A stretch of DNA of 64,000 nucleotides, taken from assembly GCA_012026655.1 (NCBI GenBank), contig JAAILG010001257.1:1-64000 (forward strand), read 5' to 3'. The notes under the pieces were generated by a model. It saw only the letters and a list, made by a program, of their open reading frames with translations. It made no database searches and had not been told where the DNA came from. The stretch comes from Hydrolagus affinis. Lineage: Eukaryota. Position 1 is the first letter of the stretch. Every line of letters starts with the position of its first letter. Of this stretch, positions 38,261 through 49,223 are shown piece by piece. A program made the position numbers and the translations under genes.

Positions 38261-38709
38261 TTAGAGTATATTTGTGTATGTTATAGTTACCGATTTGCTT
38301 GCCAAATGTTTGCCAACATGTGACGTGCAAGCCAGACAATTCAAGAGAGGGAAAGGGGGCAAGTTTGGAGAATTAAAGTCGGTAGCAAACAAATCAATCA
38401 CCAGTTTGGGCTGAGGTACATTTCTGGAAAGGTGCGATCTTCATGGAAAAGCTTTGCAATGAAGGCTGCTATTTGAAACGGTTCGAAAGAATTTTAATCG
38501 TCTCCAATGTTAGTAGACTCGTATTTCTCATGTGACATCCGATAATGATTGGTTACTGGAGCTGGGCCTGCCGGAAGTGCTAGCTGCCCATTCACCTTTA
38601 ATCGATTAGAAAAAATGCTAACGTAGAAAAAGGTCCCATTTTAAAATACAGTATTTTTTTTTTGGGGGGGGTGGGGTGTTGGTTTACAAGAGTCTTATAT
38701 CTTACTTAC

Positions 38710-40134
38710 TGGTCTAATTTGAGGCGTCAGTCCCGGGTGCTGCAGGGATCTCTGCCGCAGTTGCTGCATGCGTAACTTCTGCTCGTTCGCTTGTCGCATC
38801 TGGAAATGCAGCGACGTCGTCTGCTGGGTCGGGCCAGGTTGCGGAGATTGCTGCACTGCCGAGGCGGCTTGCTGCATGTAATGCACCACAGAGGGCTGAC
38901 CCTGACCCGCTGCCACTGTGGGCAGCTTCTGAATCGAAGGATCTGGGTCAAAATGCGACAGTGGCTTGGTGTTGCTGAACGAAAGCTGCTCTGAAGCCAG
39001 GGAGTTGTCATTGACCGCCCCCTGGCTCAAACCGGGTTGCGGCTGTACCATCATGTTGATGCGGGCGGGGGGAGCTTTGTTATACCGGTAACTCTGAATG
39101 GCACTGGCCGGATTGTTTGGAGCAGCAATGTTGGGTAGCATTGGAGTCGGGGGACTGAAAGGCTGCTGGTGCAGGGAAGGACTGGGAAGTTTGTCCGGTC
39201 GGTAGGGAGGAGAAGGTCCAGAGGAAGGAACGGGGTGCCAGTTAGGCGCCTGCCCCGGCTGCGGATGTGGCTGTTGGGAAACGGAGCGCTGCTGTTGGCT
39301 GGCGGCTATTTTCTTCAGTTGCTGTGCATGTGACAACTCGCGCCAGTTGGGGCCAGTCCTGTTGGCGTTGGTGCCGGACAGCAATGGCGGCTGGGTTTGG
39401 CTTGGAGCTTGGTTCTGGGACGCGGACGACATGGGCAACGGCATTGAATTCGCTGGAGCCGGTAACGGATATGACGTACCTGCGGACGGGGGCCTTCTCT
39501 GCGGAGACCCAACGGGTGCCTGACTGTAATTTGGAGAAAATTCCCTGCTAGGTAAGGGATTGTCCAAGTGTGAGGCTGCTTGAGGCGATGGCTTCTGGCT
39601 GCTGGCCTGACTCGTTTGCACGAGGCCCAGGTTAAGAGGGTCACTCCTGTTGCTCAGCATGTCAAGTTCATTTGGCATGTTTGTCAACTCCTCCAAAAGG
39701 TCTTCCAAATCCTGGTCCATGGTTTGTATGTTGTTACCCCCTTTCGAGTCGAACGAGAACATGTGTCCGTCCACCGCGTTGGGTTTCATCTCCGCGTTTG
39801 GCGCCACGGGAAATTGCGAACCGATGTCGCCGCCGTTCACTTGGCTGCTGCTGAGCAGGCCTGAATTGCGGACCGTGGTCACGCATCCCAAAGACGGCCC
39901 CATCGAGGCGGGAGTCTGCAAACCCTGGCTGCGGTGACCGATCGGCAGCGCCGAGTTTTGCACGTCGGAGCAGAGGACGCGAGCGGCGTCGCCGCGACCC
40001 ATTGGAAGACTGACATCGTCAAGACATATTCTTTTAACCTCGGGTGGGAAGGCGCCATCGGCAAGCTCGTTGATCTTGTCATTACCTGCCGACGAGCCGT
40101 TGCTTTCCAAAGTCCGCTTTATTGATCCTTGTAG
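38710..40134 (-). CDS. MAMLD1: MAMLD1 (mastermind-like domain-containing 1), large internal exon equivalent to MAML exon 2; 1425 nt, phase 0/0
   Basis: Acceptor ttattttatcttttgcag|CTA with a CCTAAC branch-like motif at 40163-40168; donor CCA|gtaagt at 38709. Peptides ELADGAFPPEVKRICLDDVSLPMG, DQDLEDLLEELT, GPSPPYRPDKLPSP and SFSNTKPLSHF..QKLP..QPSVVHYMQQ match recalled human MAMLD1 (DMADGGYPNKIKRPCLEDVTLAMG, DQELQELLEELT, GPSPPYRPEKLSSP, FGNTKPLSHF) better than MAML2. Confidence 0.9.
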
Positions 40135-40288
40135 CTGCAAAAGATAAAATAATACGTTTCAAGTTAGGTGAGACCAGTGGAAAAGTGTCACGCAGTTAAG
40201 GCTGATTAGGTCAGCGTCGAACGACAGCAAAAAAAAACATATTAGATTGCAATTTTTCCCTCAGTGAGTTACTTTGCACTGGTAGCTG

Positions 40289-40597
40289 AATAATAATAAC
40301 AATCCTTGCATTTGATATAACGCTTTTCTCATCTTCTAGACGTCTCAAAGCACTTCAGAGGATATACTGTAAAGTGAATTGACTGCATATTTGGGGGCGA
40401 AACACAGCAACCAATTGCACAGCACAGCAGTGTCCCATGGATAGAAATGACCAATTTATTATTGGGGGGTTTTCTTGAGGGATTATTATCCGATGTGTGC
40501 AATAAGGAAACTTGCCCAAGGTTTGACCCTGCCTCCTGGAATTGAACCCAGGTCTCTCGCTTGCAAGGCAAGTACTCTCACCACTGAGCTACACTCC
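40289..40597 (-). mobile_element. Full-length young tRNA-headed SINE about 155 bp upstream of the large exon's acceptor
   Basis: Head, core and tail all present. Confidence 0.9.
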
Positions 40598-41887
40598 AAC
40601 ACACTCGCCAGCAAAGAACGCACGTGATTTCTACTTGTCCTTAAGAGAGTTGAAAATTCTTCGAAATTAATGGTGCATGTTTATCTCACTCTGAAAGCAC
40701 ATCAAAGATTGAGTCGATGATGCAAAATACTTACTGAATAATTGAACTAAAATTAAAGCTAACCTTTTTTAAAAAAAAAATGCAATGTACCATTTGCTTA
40801 CAGTTGTGTTCTATTACATATTAACCACAACTTGAAAAATGGCGTGGATTAAAAAAAGATTGAGCCACAAACCGCAATAAAACATTTCATTTTCAACTTT
40901 ATCTCAAATATGAAATCTCACTGGCGCAACTAATCAGATTGGTATTTTCAATTCTAATCGACAAATTGGCTGTCAATCAAAAGAACATCTCGAAGCTGAA
41001 ACGTCCAATAAGGAAACAATAAGTCATCTTGACAAATGTTACGCTGTAAGCATTTCAGAGCTACATTTTGACCCACCGCAGTTTTGATAATGATCTTTCT
41101 ATCATATCCCATGTTCTATTGATTCCCCAGCCCCAAAATATTGATACCAATGAAGACTACAACAACTTGCATTTATCTAGCCACCTCCGCACCGGGCAGC
41201 ATCTCAGAGCATTTAATTGCACACACAATATATGGTTAAATGTATTATATATTAAGCTAATACATAAAAGTATATTTGGCTATATTATGTAAATATATAA
41301 TGTATATAATAGAGCCAAATATACTGTTCATATATTCTTAAGAGGTGATGAAAGTGAAAACAAATTTGCTCTGCGCTCTTTTTTAGATCCTCACAACAAC
41401 AAGAAATTACATTTGTTCAGCGCCTTTCACATCGGGAGGACGTCCCAAAGCATTGGACAGTCAGGGATTTGGAAATGAGCTGTAGGTTGGCCCAGAAGTA
41501 ATTCTCCAATGGAGACAGCTCACATGCAACTTGCCTCTAACAGTAATTTAGTTCTAAGAGCTCTGCAGGGGCAGTTCTTGCTTGACTCACTCCCCACTCT
41601 TACTAACTGCAATGGATCATGATTTAAAAGCCTCGAATTTACGCATTCATATGTTGTTTCTGAACCTAATTAGTGGCAATTAGCTGCTGTTTGTGTAGGA
41701 ATCTAGTCTCAGAGTTGTGCTCTCTCAAATTTGGGTGTTTTCCCAAATTTATATTGATTTTAAAAAAAGGCCTATTTTATCCAGTATCCATAAGGAGCAA
41801 CAGGAAGGTAAACCCAAATAAGGTTACATGCCTCCACTTCACCAAGCCAGTCAGGAAGCTAGGCGTCATATCAACAACAACAACTTT

Positions 41888-42154
41888 GTTTACAGTCAAT
41901 TCACTTTACAGTATATTCTGTGAAGCACCTTGAGACGTCTAGAAGATGTGAAAAGCGCTATATCAAATTCAAGGATTATTATTACTGTATATAGCGTCCT
42001 CCACACTGGACGGTGTCTCAAAGCACTTTAACTGTTCTCAACTATCCTCAACTGCCCTTTCTCCCCACATGCGTGCCCTGACCTGCTCTGCCTTGGGCGT
42101 TGGGATGTCCTCCTGATGTGAAAAGCACTATACAAGTGTAATTTTGTTGTTGTT
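41888..42154 (+). mobile_element. SINE 3' fragment (41888-41985) followed by an L2 tail fragment (about 42050-42154)
   Basis: CAGTCAATTCACTTTACAGTATATTCTGTGAAGC; GGGATGTCCTCCTGATGTGAAAAGCACTATAC...(TTG)n. Confidence 0.8.
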
Positions 42155-44561
42155 GCCTTTGCCCACTTCCACAATATTGCCCGACTTCGCCACTGCCTCA
42201 CCCCCTCAGGCCACCAAAACTCCTTTATTACAACCAGGCACTTTATAAACCTAAGTTTGCATTGTACTTCAGTTCCAGACAGAAGCTTGTCCAGTCCCAA
42301 CATGTTCTCAACAAGCTTCCAACACAGTAAATAAAAGGATTGGGTCACCAGCAAAAAAACAAGATGCATAAACAACATGATGTCAGGCTGGCTTGGTTTG
42401 GTTTCCAGACACGGAGTCAGTGATATGGTATGTGATGTGGCCTGATGTGGACCACAGGGGCTGCCACGGATATGAAACGTGGGTTGGTACAGACTTCACA
42501 GGGGGAAGCAGGAAGTAGTATACGACTAGCAACGAAGAAAACTGCGTCACCACAGTCCTACGTCCCACACCAGGAAACAGCAAGGTTGCCATTGCTCTTG
42601 GTTGTTAGCCTGATGGTATCTCGTGAAACTCCCATGAAAAGCAAGTCTGTAGATTCTGGCACTTAAAAGTCTTCTGGTGCCATGGGCTGCTGCTTTCAAA
42701 GTCTGTTTCCAGTTTCTTGTACAAGCTACGACAGCAATTGATCCACTGATTGCTCCCCAATTTATTTTAATATATATATATGATCATCTTTGCCCCTTTT
42801 AGTGCATGTTAAACAGGGCAAAATTGTGGTTCCGCATTTGCATACACTACTCAGACCAGGACCTTCCCTTTTGGGAAGTTCACAATATCTGGTGAAGTTA
42901 ATTTAAAATCACTTTTTAAGCACTCTTGACAGATTCAACTAAAATCACTTGTCATTTGACCTGCATTTGAGGTGTCAGCCAAATCATCACAGAACTCATT
43001 GTTTTAATCAGACTTTAGAAATGAATCACAATACCCCCCAATGCATATTCATGTCTTCCAATAGAATTAGCTTAACTTATTCTTTTTTTGAAAAAAATGG
43101 ATTATTTAATGCACATTTTCATTGGCCAGGCCTTTATTTGAGACTTTGTTCTATTAAACCACTGGGAACATTTTTACTTGCACATATATTTTTGATTTCA
43201 AGTATTTCCTTCGATGTTTTGCCAACTGTTGTTCTAATGTAGATGGTTAAGGGCTGACTAAATTGGCTGACTGCAGATTATCCAAGGCTTTACGCTTGCT
43301 TTGAAAAGAGTGTGGGGGAAAGAAAACAAGACATTACCTAATCAATAAGACAGGCAGAGAGTTTTTTTTTAACATTTAAAAAAAATCTTACAACCAGAAA
43401 TATAAAAATGCTATAAAAATGCTGTCACTTCGTAAACAATTTTTTTTAAATTAAGGCAGCAATTAAAAAAAATTGCACACATGCTTAAAACCAGTAGGTT
43501 TTTTTTAATATTGTATATGGGTCTCGAGTATTTCTGTTGGACTGCTTGGCACCTGCCTTGTGGCTTGCGGGCTGACGCACACTTCACCCCTGCTGGTCAC
43601 TCTTCCACATCTACCAATCTTTCTTTAGGCCTCTCCCTCTCATCATTCATGGTGCTACATCCCACTTGCTTTCCATTCCGGATTCACTTTACACAGCTCG
43701 CCCAGTGTGAATCCTGTAACTGCACACTGAGCTGCTAACGAGCTTCTCCCCACTCCCCCCACCCCACCCCCCCCTCCCACCCCTCCAAAGCGCTACACCA
43801 TCCAACTCCCCAAACAGATCAACTCTGAACTGAAGGCACCATTCAAATCCATAAAACAGAGCCCGATACAAGTATATTTGAACATAAGCATCAGGAGAGG
43901 CATTAGAAGCAATGATGATGGAAAGTGCCACGCACAAGGCAGTGATAAAACTGCCTCCAGATATTGAGTTAGCCTGGTATCTTAATCTTCAACCACCTCT
44001 ACCTCTACCTAACCTGTGGTCTTTACATAACCAGGATGATTAAGTAAATGGAACATGTGAAAATCTACTTTGCAATACACAGTGGATTTCAAAGCATCAT
44101 TAGCTACACTCTTTAGAGGTTGTTAAGCTTACCTGGAGATAAGTTTTCACACAATTTAAACTGTTGCCATAATTTTAGCCATGATCCGTGAATATATATT
44201 TTGTAAAAGCAACTTTGCTTAGAGCTTGAAAATGTGAACATTCACCGGAGGGGCTATAACTATAGGATTAGTGCTTTTTTTGGGGAGAAAAAAACACACC
44301 AAACCAGATGTTAATGGAAAGTTAGATATTCTATGCCTTCCTGTTTAAATCTCTCAGCTATAAAACATACGATAACACATCCAATACAAGCTTTTCCATT
44401 AAAAACAACAAATGGTTTCCAAAACATTGCATTGCCTAGAGGGATACACACTAACCAAATACAGTACCACTCATACCTCCACAAAGAGATACCTAAATAT
44501 ATCAATACATCATACTGTATGTTGCATTCACATACTTTGTCACAAACTGGATTTCAACCAA

Positions 44562-44845
44562 CCAACAACAACAAAATTACTCTTGTATAGCGCTTTTCAC
44601 GTCAGGAGGACATCCCAAGGCGCTGAACAGTCACGGTGTCAGACCCGAGCTGGGTACGGGGGAACGGGAGGAAGTAGGAGTTGCCAATGGGACCATTGAA
44701 GAAGAGGGTGTTGAGGAGGGACTTGAAGGAGGCCAGGGAGGGGGCAAGGTGGAGGGACTGTGAGATGGAGTTCCAGAGGTTGGAGGAAGAGTGGCTAAAG
44801 GCTCACCCGCCAGTGGTGGGGTGGGGCACGTGGAGCAGGCCAGAG
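44562..44845 (-). mobile_element. 5'-truncated L2-clade element with (TTG)n tail
   Basis: Reverse complement encodes AFSHSSSNLWNSISQSLHLAPSLASFKSLLNTLFF, followed by the tail. Confidence 0.85.
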
Positions 44846-44959
44846 TTCTATCCTTTCTTCTCTCCCTTCATATTAACCTGACATTTGACTTTTATTAAGT
44901 TCCCTCGGAGGTTTGATGAGTCACACAGAGGATCTCATTACTCTCCTTCCCCAGGTAAG

Positions 44960-45018
44960 TGTAGCTCTTGTTGACAAATCTAGATTAATCTCACCTAGAT
45001 TTGTCAACAAGAGCTACA
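44960..45018. repeat. Perfect inverted repeat, 24-bp arms and 11-nt spacer
   Basis: TGTAGCTCTTGTTGACAAATCTAG-attaatctcac-CTAGATTTGTCAACAAGAGCTACA; complementarity checked base by base. Confidence 0.95.
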
Positions 45019-46339
45019 AAGCCTGGAAATTCCACTTCCTTAACCAGAGAATGAACTGTGGCAGGAGGTTGGTCCAGGAAAGGAGAATTTTTGGTAAGAA
45101 AATTGAAAACTTAAAGCTTACAAATGTAATTTTGTTGTTGTTCTTTTAGTGGACGAAGATCAGAAGACCAAGGTCCATCATATGTTGTGTCCCAAACTAT
45201 ATATTGTAGCCTGAGACATTGTTTCCTAACAGAAATCAATCTAATTTGTTTTTGGAAGAAGATTTTAGAAATGCCAAGGTATTATTTGTGGTTTTTCTTA
45301 ACAGGGCTAAAATAAATCACTACATTACCTAATATTAAATTGGAATGATACTTTCTGATACTCTATTACAAAACCAGTGCATAAAAGACCTGTTTATAAA
45401 TATAACCACAGACATATTTTTTACATCCCGGTAAAATAAAAGTTGTTTAAAAATTCTGCTGACTTTTTTTTAATAAAGATCCTTGAGTGGGAGTAGTCAT
45501 TACTTTATTACTTGGTAATAAGAAATTGCACTACAAACACAGCGGTGTCCTTTGCGAGCACATCACATTTGCATTGTAGCATCAGTCCAGGCTGTTCCAC
45601 ACACCCCAGACCCACTAGAAATGACTGGCAAGGCAACTCTGGGGGCTTCAAACAGTGTGTGTTGTAAAAAGATTATCCCATCTACAGTTCTCGAACATCT
45701 GGCGTTCAACAGAAGAAGTATGAAGCAAACCATAATGCACTCCAAATCCCCAAACACTAAGCAGGCCATTAATCTATTAATAGTGCACACAGAAAACGTG
45801 CCACAGGAAAAAAAAAAGTCATCGGAGTCCATTTCAAAGCCAGTGAGTGGCACACTTTTCTGTCTTTGTGTGTTTGGATTTTTGTGTGTTTGATTTTTGT
45901 GTGTGTATCTGTGTCTTCCTCTATCAAGCCCCACAGTAATCAGTCTTCATTTAAAAACCTGCAGCACTGATGATGATGTAACAAGCATCTAAGAAGCACA
46001 GTCTGTGTGCATTGTGTTCAAACCCTCTTCCCTTGTCCCTAGTTAGCGTTGCCGTTCCTGCACAGCAGTGAATGAGCATCCTGCCATGCAATCCATTTAA
46101 AAATTCATTACTTTTTTTTTCCAAAAGTGTTCATCGGGTTATTTTTATGCAAATCGCTTCATAAACAAATTTACACAAGCAGAACGAAGAAGGGTGGGCT
46201 TTTCTTGCACTCAGTTTACATTAATCTGAAGGCCCTGTAATCCACCTGAAGGGATTTCCGTAATATTTTAATTTGAAATATTTTCATAACCTCCGGTTCA
46301 AACTGTTGAACTCGATAGAAAAAAATAGCAGAAGTGAAA

Positions 46340-46532
46340 CTAAAAATTGGCTGGTGGGCTTTCAGCCTCTCTGCCCCCATCCTCCGGAACTCCACACTAT
46401 GCCTCACCCACCCCCACCCCCCTGCTTCCATCAATGCTTGCCCGATTCCCAGTTCGATACTGATTGTCCGACACCTTGGGATGTTCTCCCAATGTGAAAG
46501 GCGCTATGCAAATGTAATTTTGTTGCTGTTGT
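46340..46532 (+). mobile_element. L2-type 3' end fragment
   Basis: WAFSLSAPILRNS-like segment and CACCTTGGGATGTTCTCC...(TTG)n tail. Confidence 0.75.
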
Positions 46533-47064
46533 TGGCTTCACAGATCTGGGTCAGTGTTCATGAAAGATATCTGCCCTTGTATCCTTCAGCCAAACTGCGA
46601 GTCAATGACTAACTAACTCGTTCTGAGCTGCATTGCGAGGTGGGATATTGCTTTATGGCATTGAGACATCTTACTTCACTGGGGCTTAACTTGTCCCGTC
46701 AAGTACACCTCCTGTCAGAGGACCAAGGTACACCAAGTACTGGAGGTATTAAACAATGCAGAACAAGGATTGGCTTGCACAATGCACAGGCATCTGGATG
46801 TGCGCCTATACAGACTTGAGGGATGAAAGTCTCCTCTATCAAATGGCTGCAAAGAGTCCGCACAGATGTGAGTTTAAATTGTTCTCCGTTTGTTGTGGAT
46901 TCAGATGCACAATGCTCTCCAGTCTCGTTAGGAACACAGAAAACTCAACTCTGCAGCTGGTGTGGAAAGTGTATGGCACAGTGTTCGCATGTTCTGGGAG
47001 GGGTTGAAATTCTCATAGGATACGGTTAAGGGATGCGATACTGCATTACAGTGCAGATGAAACA

Positions 47065-47164
47065 NNNNNNNNNNNNNNNNNNNNNNNNNNNNNNNNNNNN
47101 NNNNNNNNNNNNNNNNNNNNNNNNNNNNNNNNNNNNNNNNNNNNNNNNNNNNNNNNNNNNNNNN
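47065..47164. other. Assembly gap (100 N, probably a placeholder of unknown size)
   Basis: Run of exactly 100 N. Confidence 0.99.
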
Positions 47165-48912
47165 ATAGTATAGGTTTCCTACAGCACTTCCTATCTCCAA
47201 TGCCAATGTGCTGATCACCTGGTATCATAGACAGTATCACCTCACAGTGCAGATTGAAGTTGTAATTAATGTAACTGGAGCAATTATTGTGGAATAACTA
47301 AATACTCGATACAAATAGTTTGTGAGAATTTGTTCAGGTGATTTGTATATTGCTGGGACACTGAGATCACCAGCACACAAGGTTTCAGGCACTGAATTGG
47401 AATAAAATCGACAAGGTCTCCCTTGACCAGAATAGATATGTCCTCAACCAAAGCACCAGATGGCAGAGCGTTTCACTGCAATCCAAGTGCAGAAACTAAG
47501 CAAATATTGTCACCTTCCTATGGATTTTAACCAACCATATTTAAAACAAGCCAAACGCACATCAGCACAAAGAACATTAGCTTAATACACTGAGGTTTGT
47601 TTTGCCCACTAATCCCTTGCTCTCCTGAAGGCTGAAACTGAATACAGTTCCACAGGCACCTGCATCCCTCTGGTACCTCAACAAGGGAACATAAACAGTG
47701 AGCGTTGGCAAGCTAATTTGACTGTGGGGAGGATCAAAACGGAGCTCATTTTTGTGTATACACACAACATCTCACAACCTTGTCTGATTTTAGCCTCTCT
47801 AACCCAGGAGGGCTGAGACCAGTTGTTAGTAAATCTGTTAAATCATCACTGCACAGCAGTATGAACCTGGGACCTTTCAGCTCTCTGTGATTCCATTCTA
47901 CACTGGATGATACATTCACCCACTGGGAAAGCTAAAAAGTTACTTCTAGTTAAAATTCCCATTAATAGGAGAACATCTCTTGAACTATGTTTTTGGCTTC
48001 TTCCCAGCAACAAGATCATTTAGCATCAGTTATATAAAACCACAAGATTGGCATTTAACAACCGAGTCTAGAATTGTACATCCACTTCCCTCCCACCCCC
48101 ATCAAAACAATTGGAACTTTCTTTCAACACTGAACAGAATATTGATATCACGTGCAAAAGCCTTTGTTTGGTTTGAATCATCAGCTCACTCCTTGGCCAA
48201 AACTTGCCAATGTGCTGCATAGAAAGTGCAATCATGTACCAACACATTCATTTCAGAAAGATGAAAGTAGAATTAATACTGTAGTATAGAAGGATAATCT
48301 TCTCAGTGCAAACCCCATACGTTTGCGTGAGCCACATCGAAAGTACTCTGGAAATTTACCAGAGGTCTCAGAATGGCTCAGCAAAAAAAAACTGCTTTAC
48401 CTAACCAGCAGCATATCAAATAGACAGCGCGGCAGTGAGACAATTCAACTTGACCTCAGCTGCTCACATAAGCAGATTAAATGGCACCAATGAAATGGTA
48501 CCATCGCATTCCACGAGCTGCACAAAATGAGGTCAGTGCTTTCATCACATATATTGGCAAACAGAGTTGTGAGGGAAACATATCTGTGAGGTAACTAGAC
48601 GGTAATGGGCCGGGCGATGAAAACTGGCCTTTCACCAACAAGATCTGGGTCAAAATTCATTGGGGGTGGGGGTGGGGGGGGAGATGATTGTTCTACAACC
48701 TAACACCTGGGAGTGCTTGATATATGCGCTGGCCAGTCAAAATGTTCCATTTCCCAGAAACAACGTCCCTCACATTTATAAACACAAATCTCGCCCAGAA
48801 AATAAACAGTCAATTCACTTTACAGTATATTCTATATTTGAGTATATTTGAGATTCTCGAAGACATGATAAGGCACTATAACAAATACAAGGATTATATA
48901 TACAGTACACAT

Positions 48913-49223
48913 GTGGAGTCCTGTAGCTCAGTTGTTAGAGCACTCGCCTTGCAAGCAAGAAACCTAGGTTCGATTCCAGGCAGGGCGAAACCTTGGGCAA
49001 GCTTCCTTACTCCACACGCCTAACAATAATCTCTCAAAAAAAAACAATAATAATTTGGTCATTCAATCCACGACTGTATGCAATTGGCTGCTGCGTTTCG
49101 TCCACAAATATTCAGTCAATTCACTTTACAGTATATTCTGTGAAACGTTTTGAGACATCTAGAAGATGTGTTAAGGTGCTACATCAAATGCAAGGATTCT
49201 TCTTTTTATTATTATTATTTATT
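48913..49223 (+). mobile_element. Full-length young SINE, directly preceded by an older 3' fragment (about 48775-48898)
   Basis: GTGGAGTCCTGTAGCTCAGTTGTTAGAGCACTCGCCTTGCAAG head; tail present. Confidence 0.9.

Noticed and set aside
7568-40134. Calling the gene MAML2
   Set aside because: The architecture fits, but several exon-2 motifs (KRICLDDVSLPMG, GPSPPYRP, NTKPLSHF) match recalled MAMLD1 more closely. Not fully excluded without a tree.
40135-40140. TTG 'start' of the 481-aa ORF
   Set aside because: It is the splice acceptor (ttgcag), not an initiation codon.
42300-42720. Possible RTE-type LINE C-terminus (RLAWFG)
   Set aside because: Only one short motif; the following expected motifs are not convincing.
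44127-44143. Sense-strand recursive splice site cttatctccag|gtaagc
   Set aside because: Pyrimidine tract is short and interrupted; no other support.
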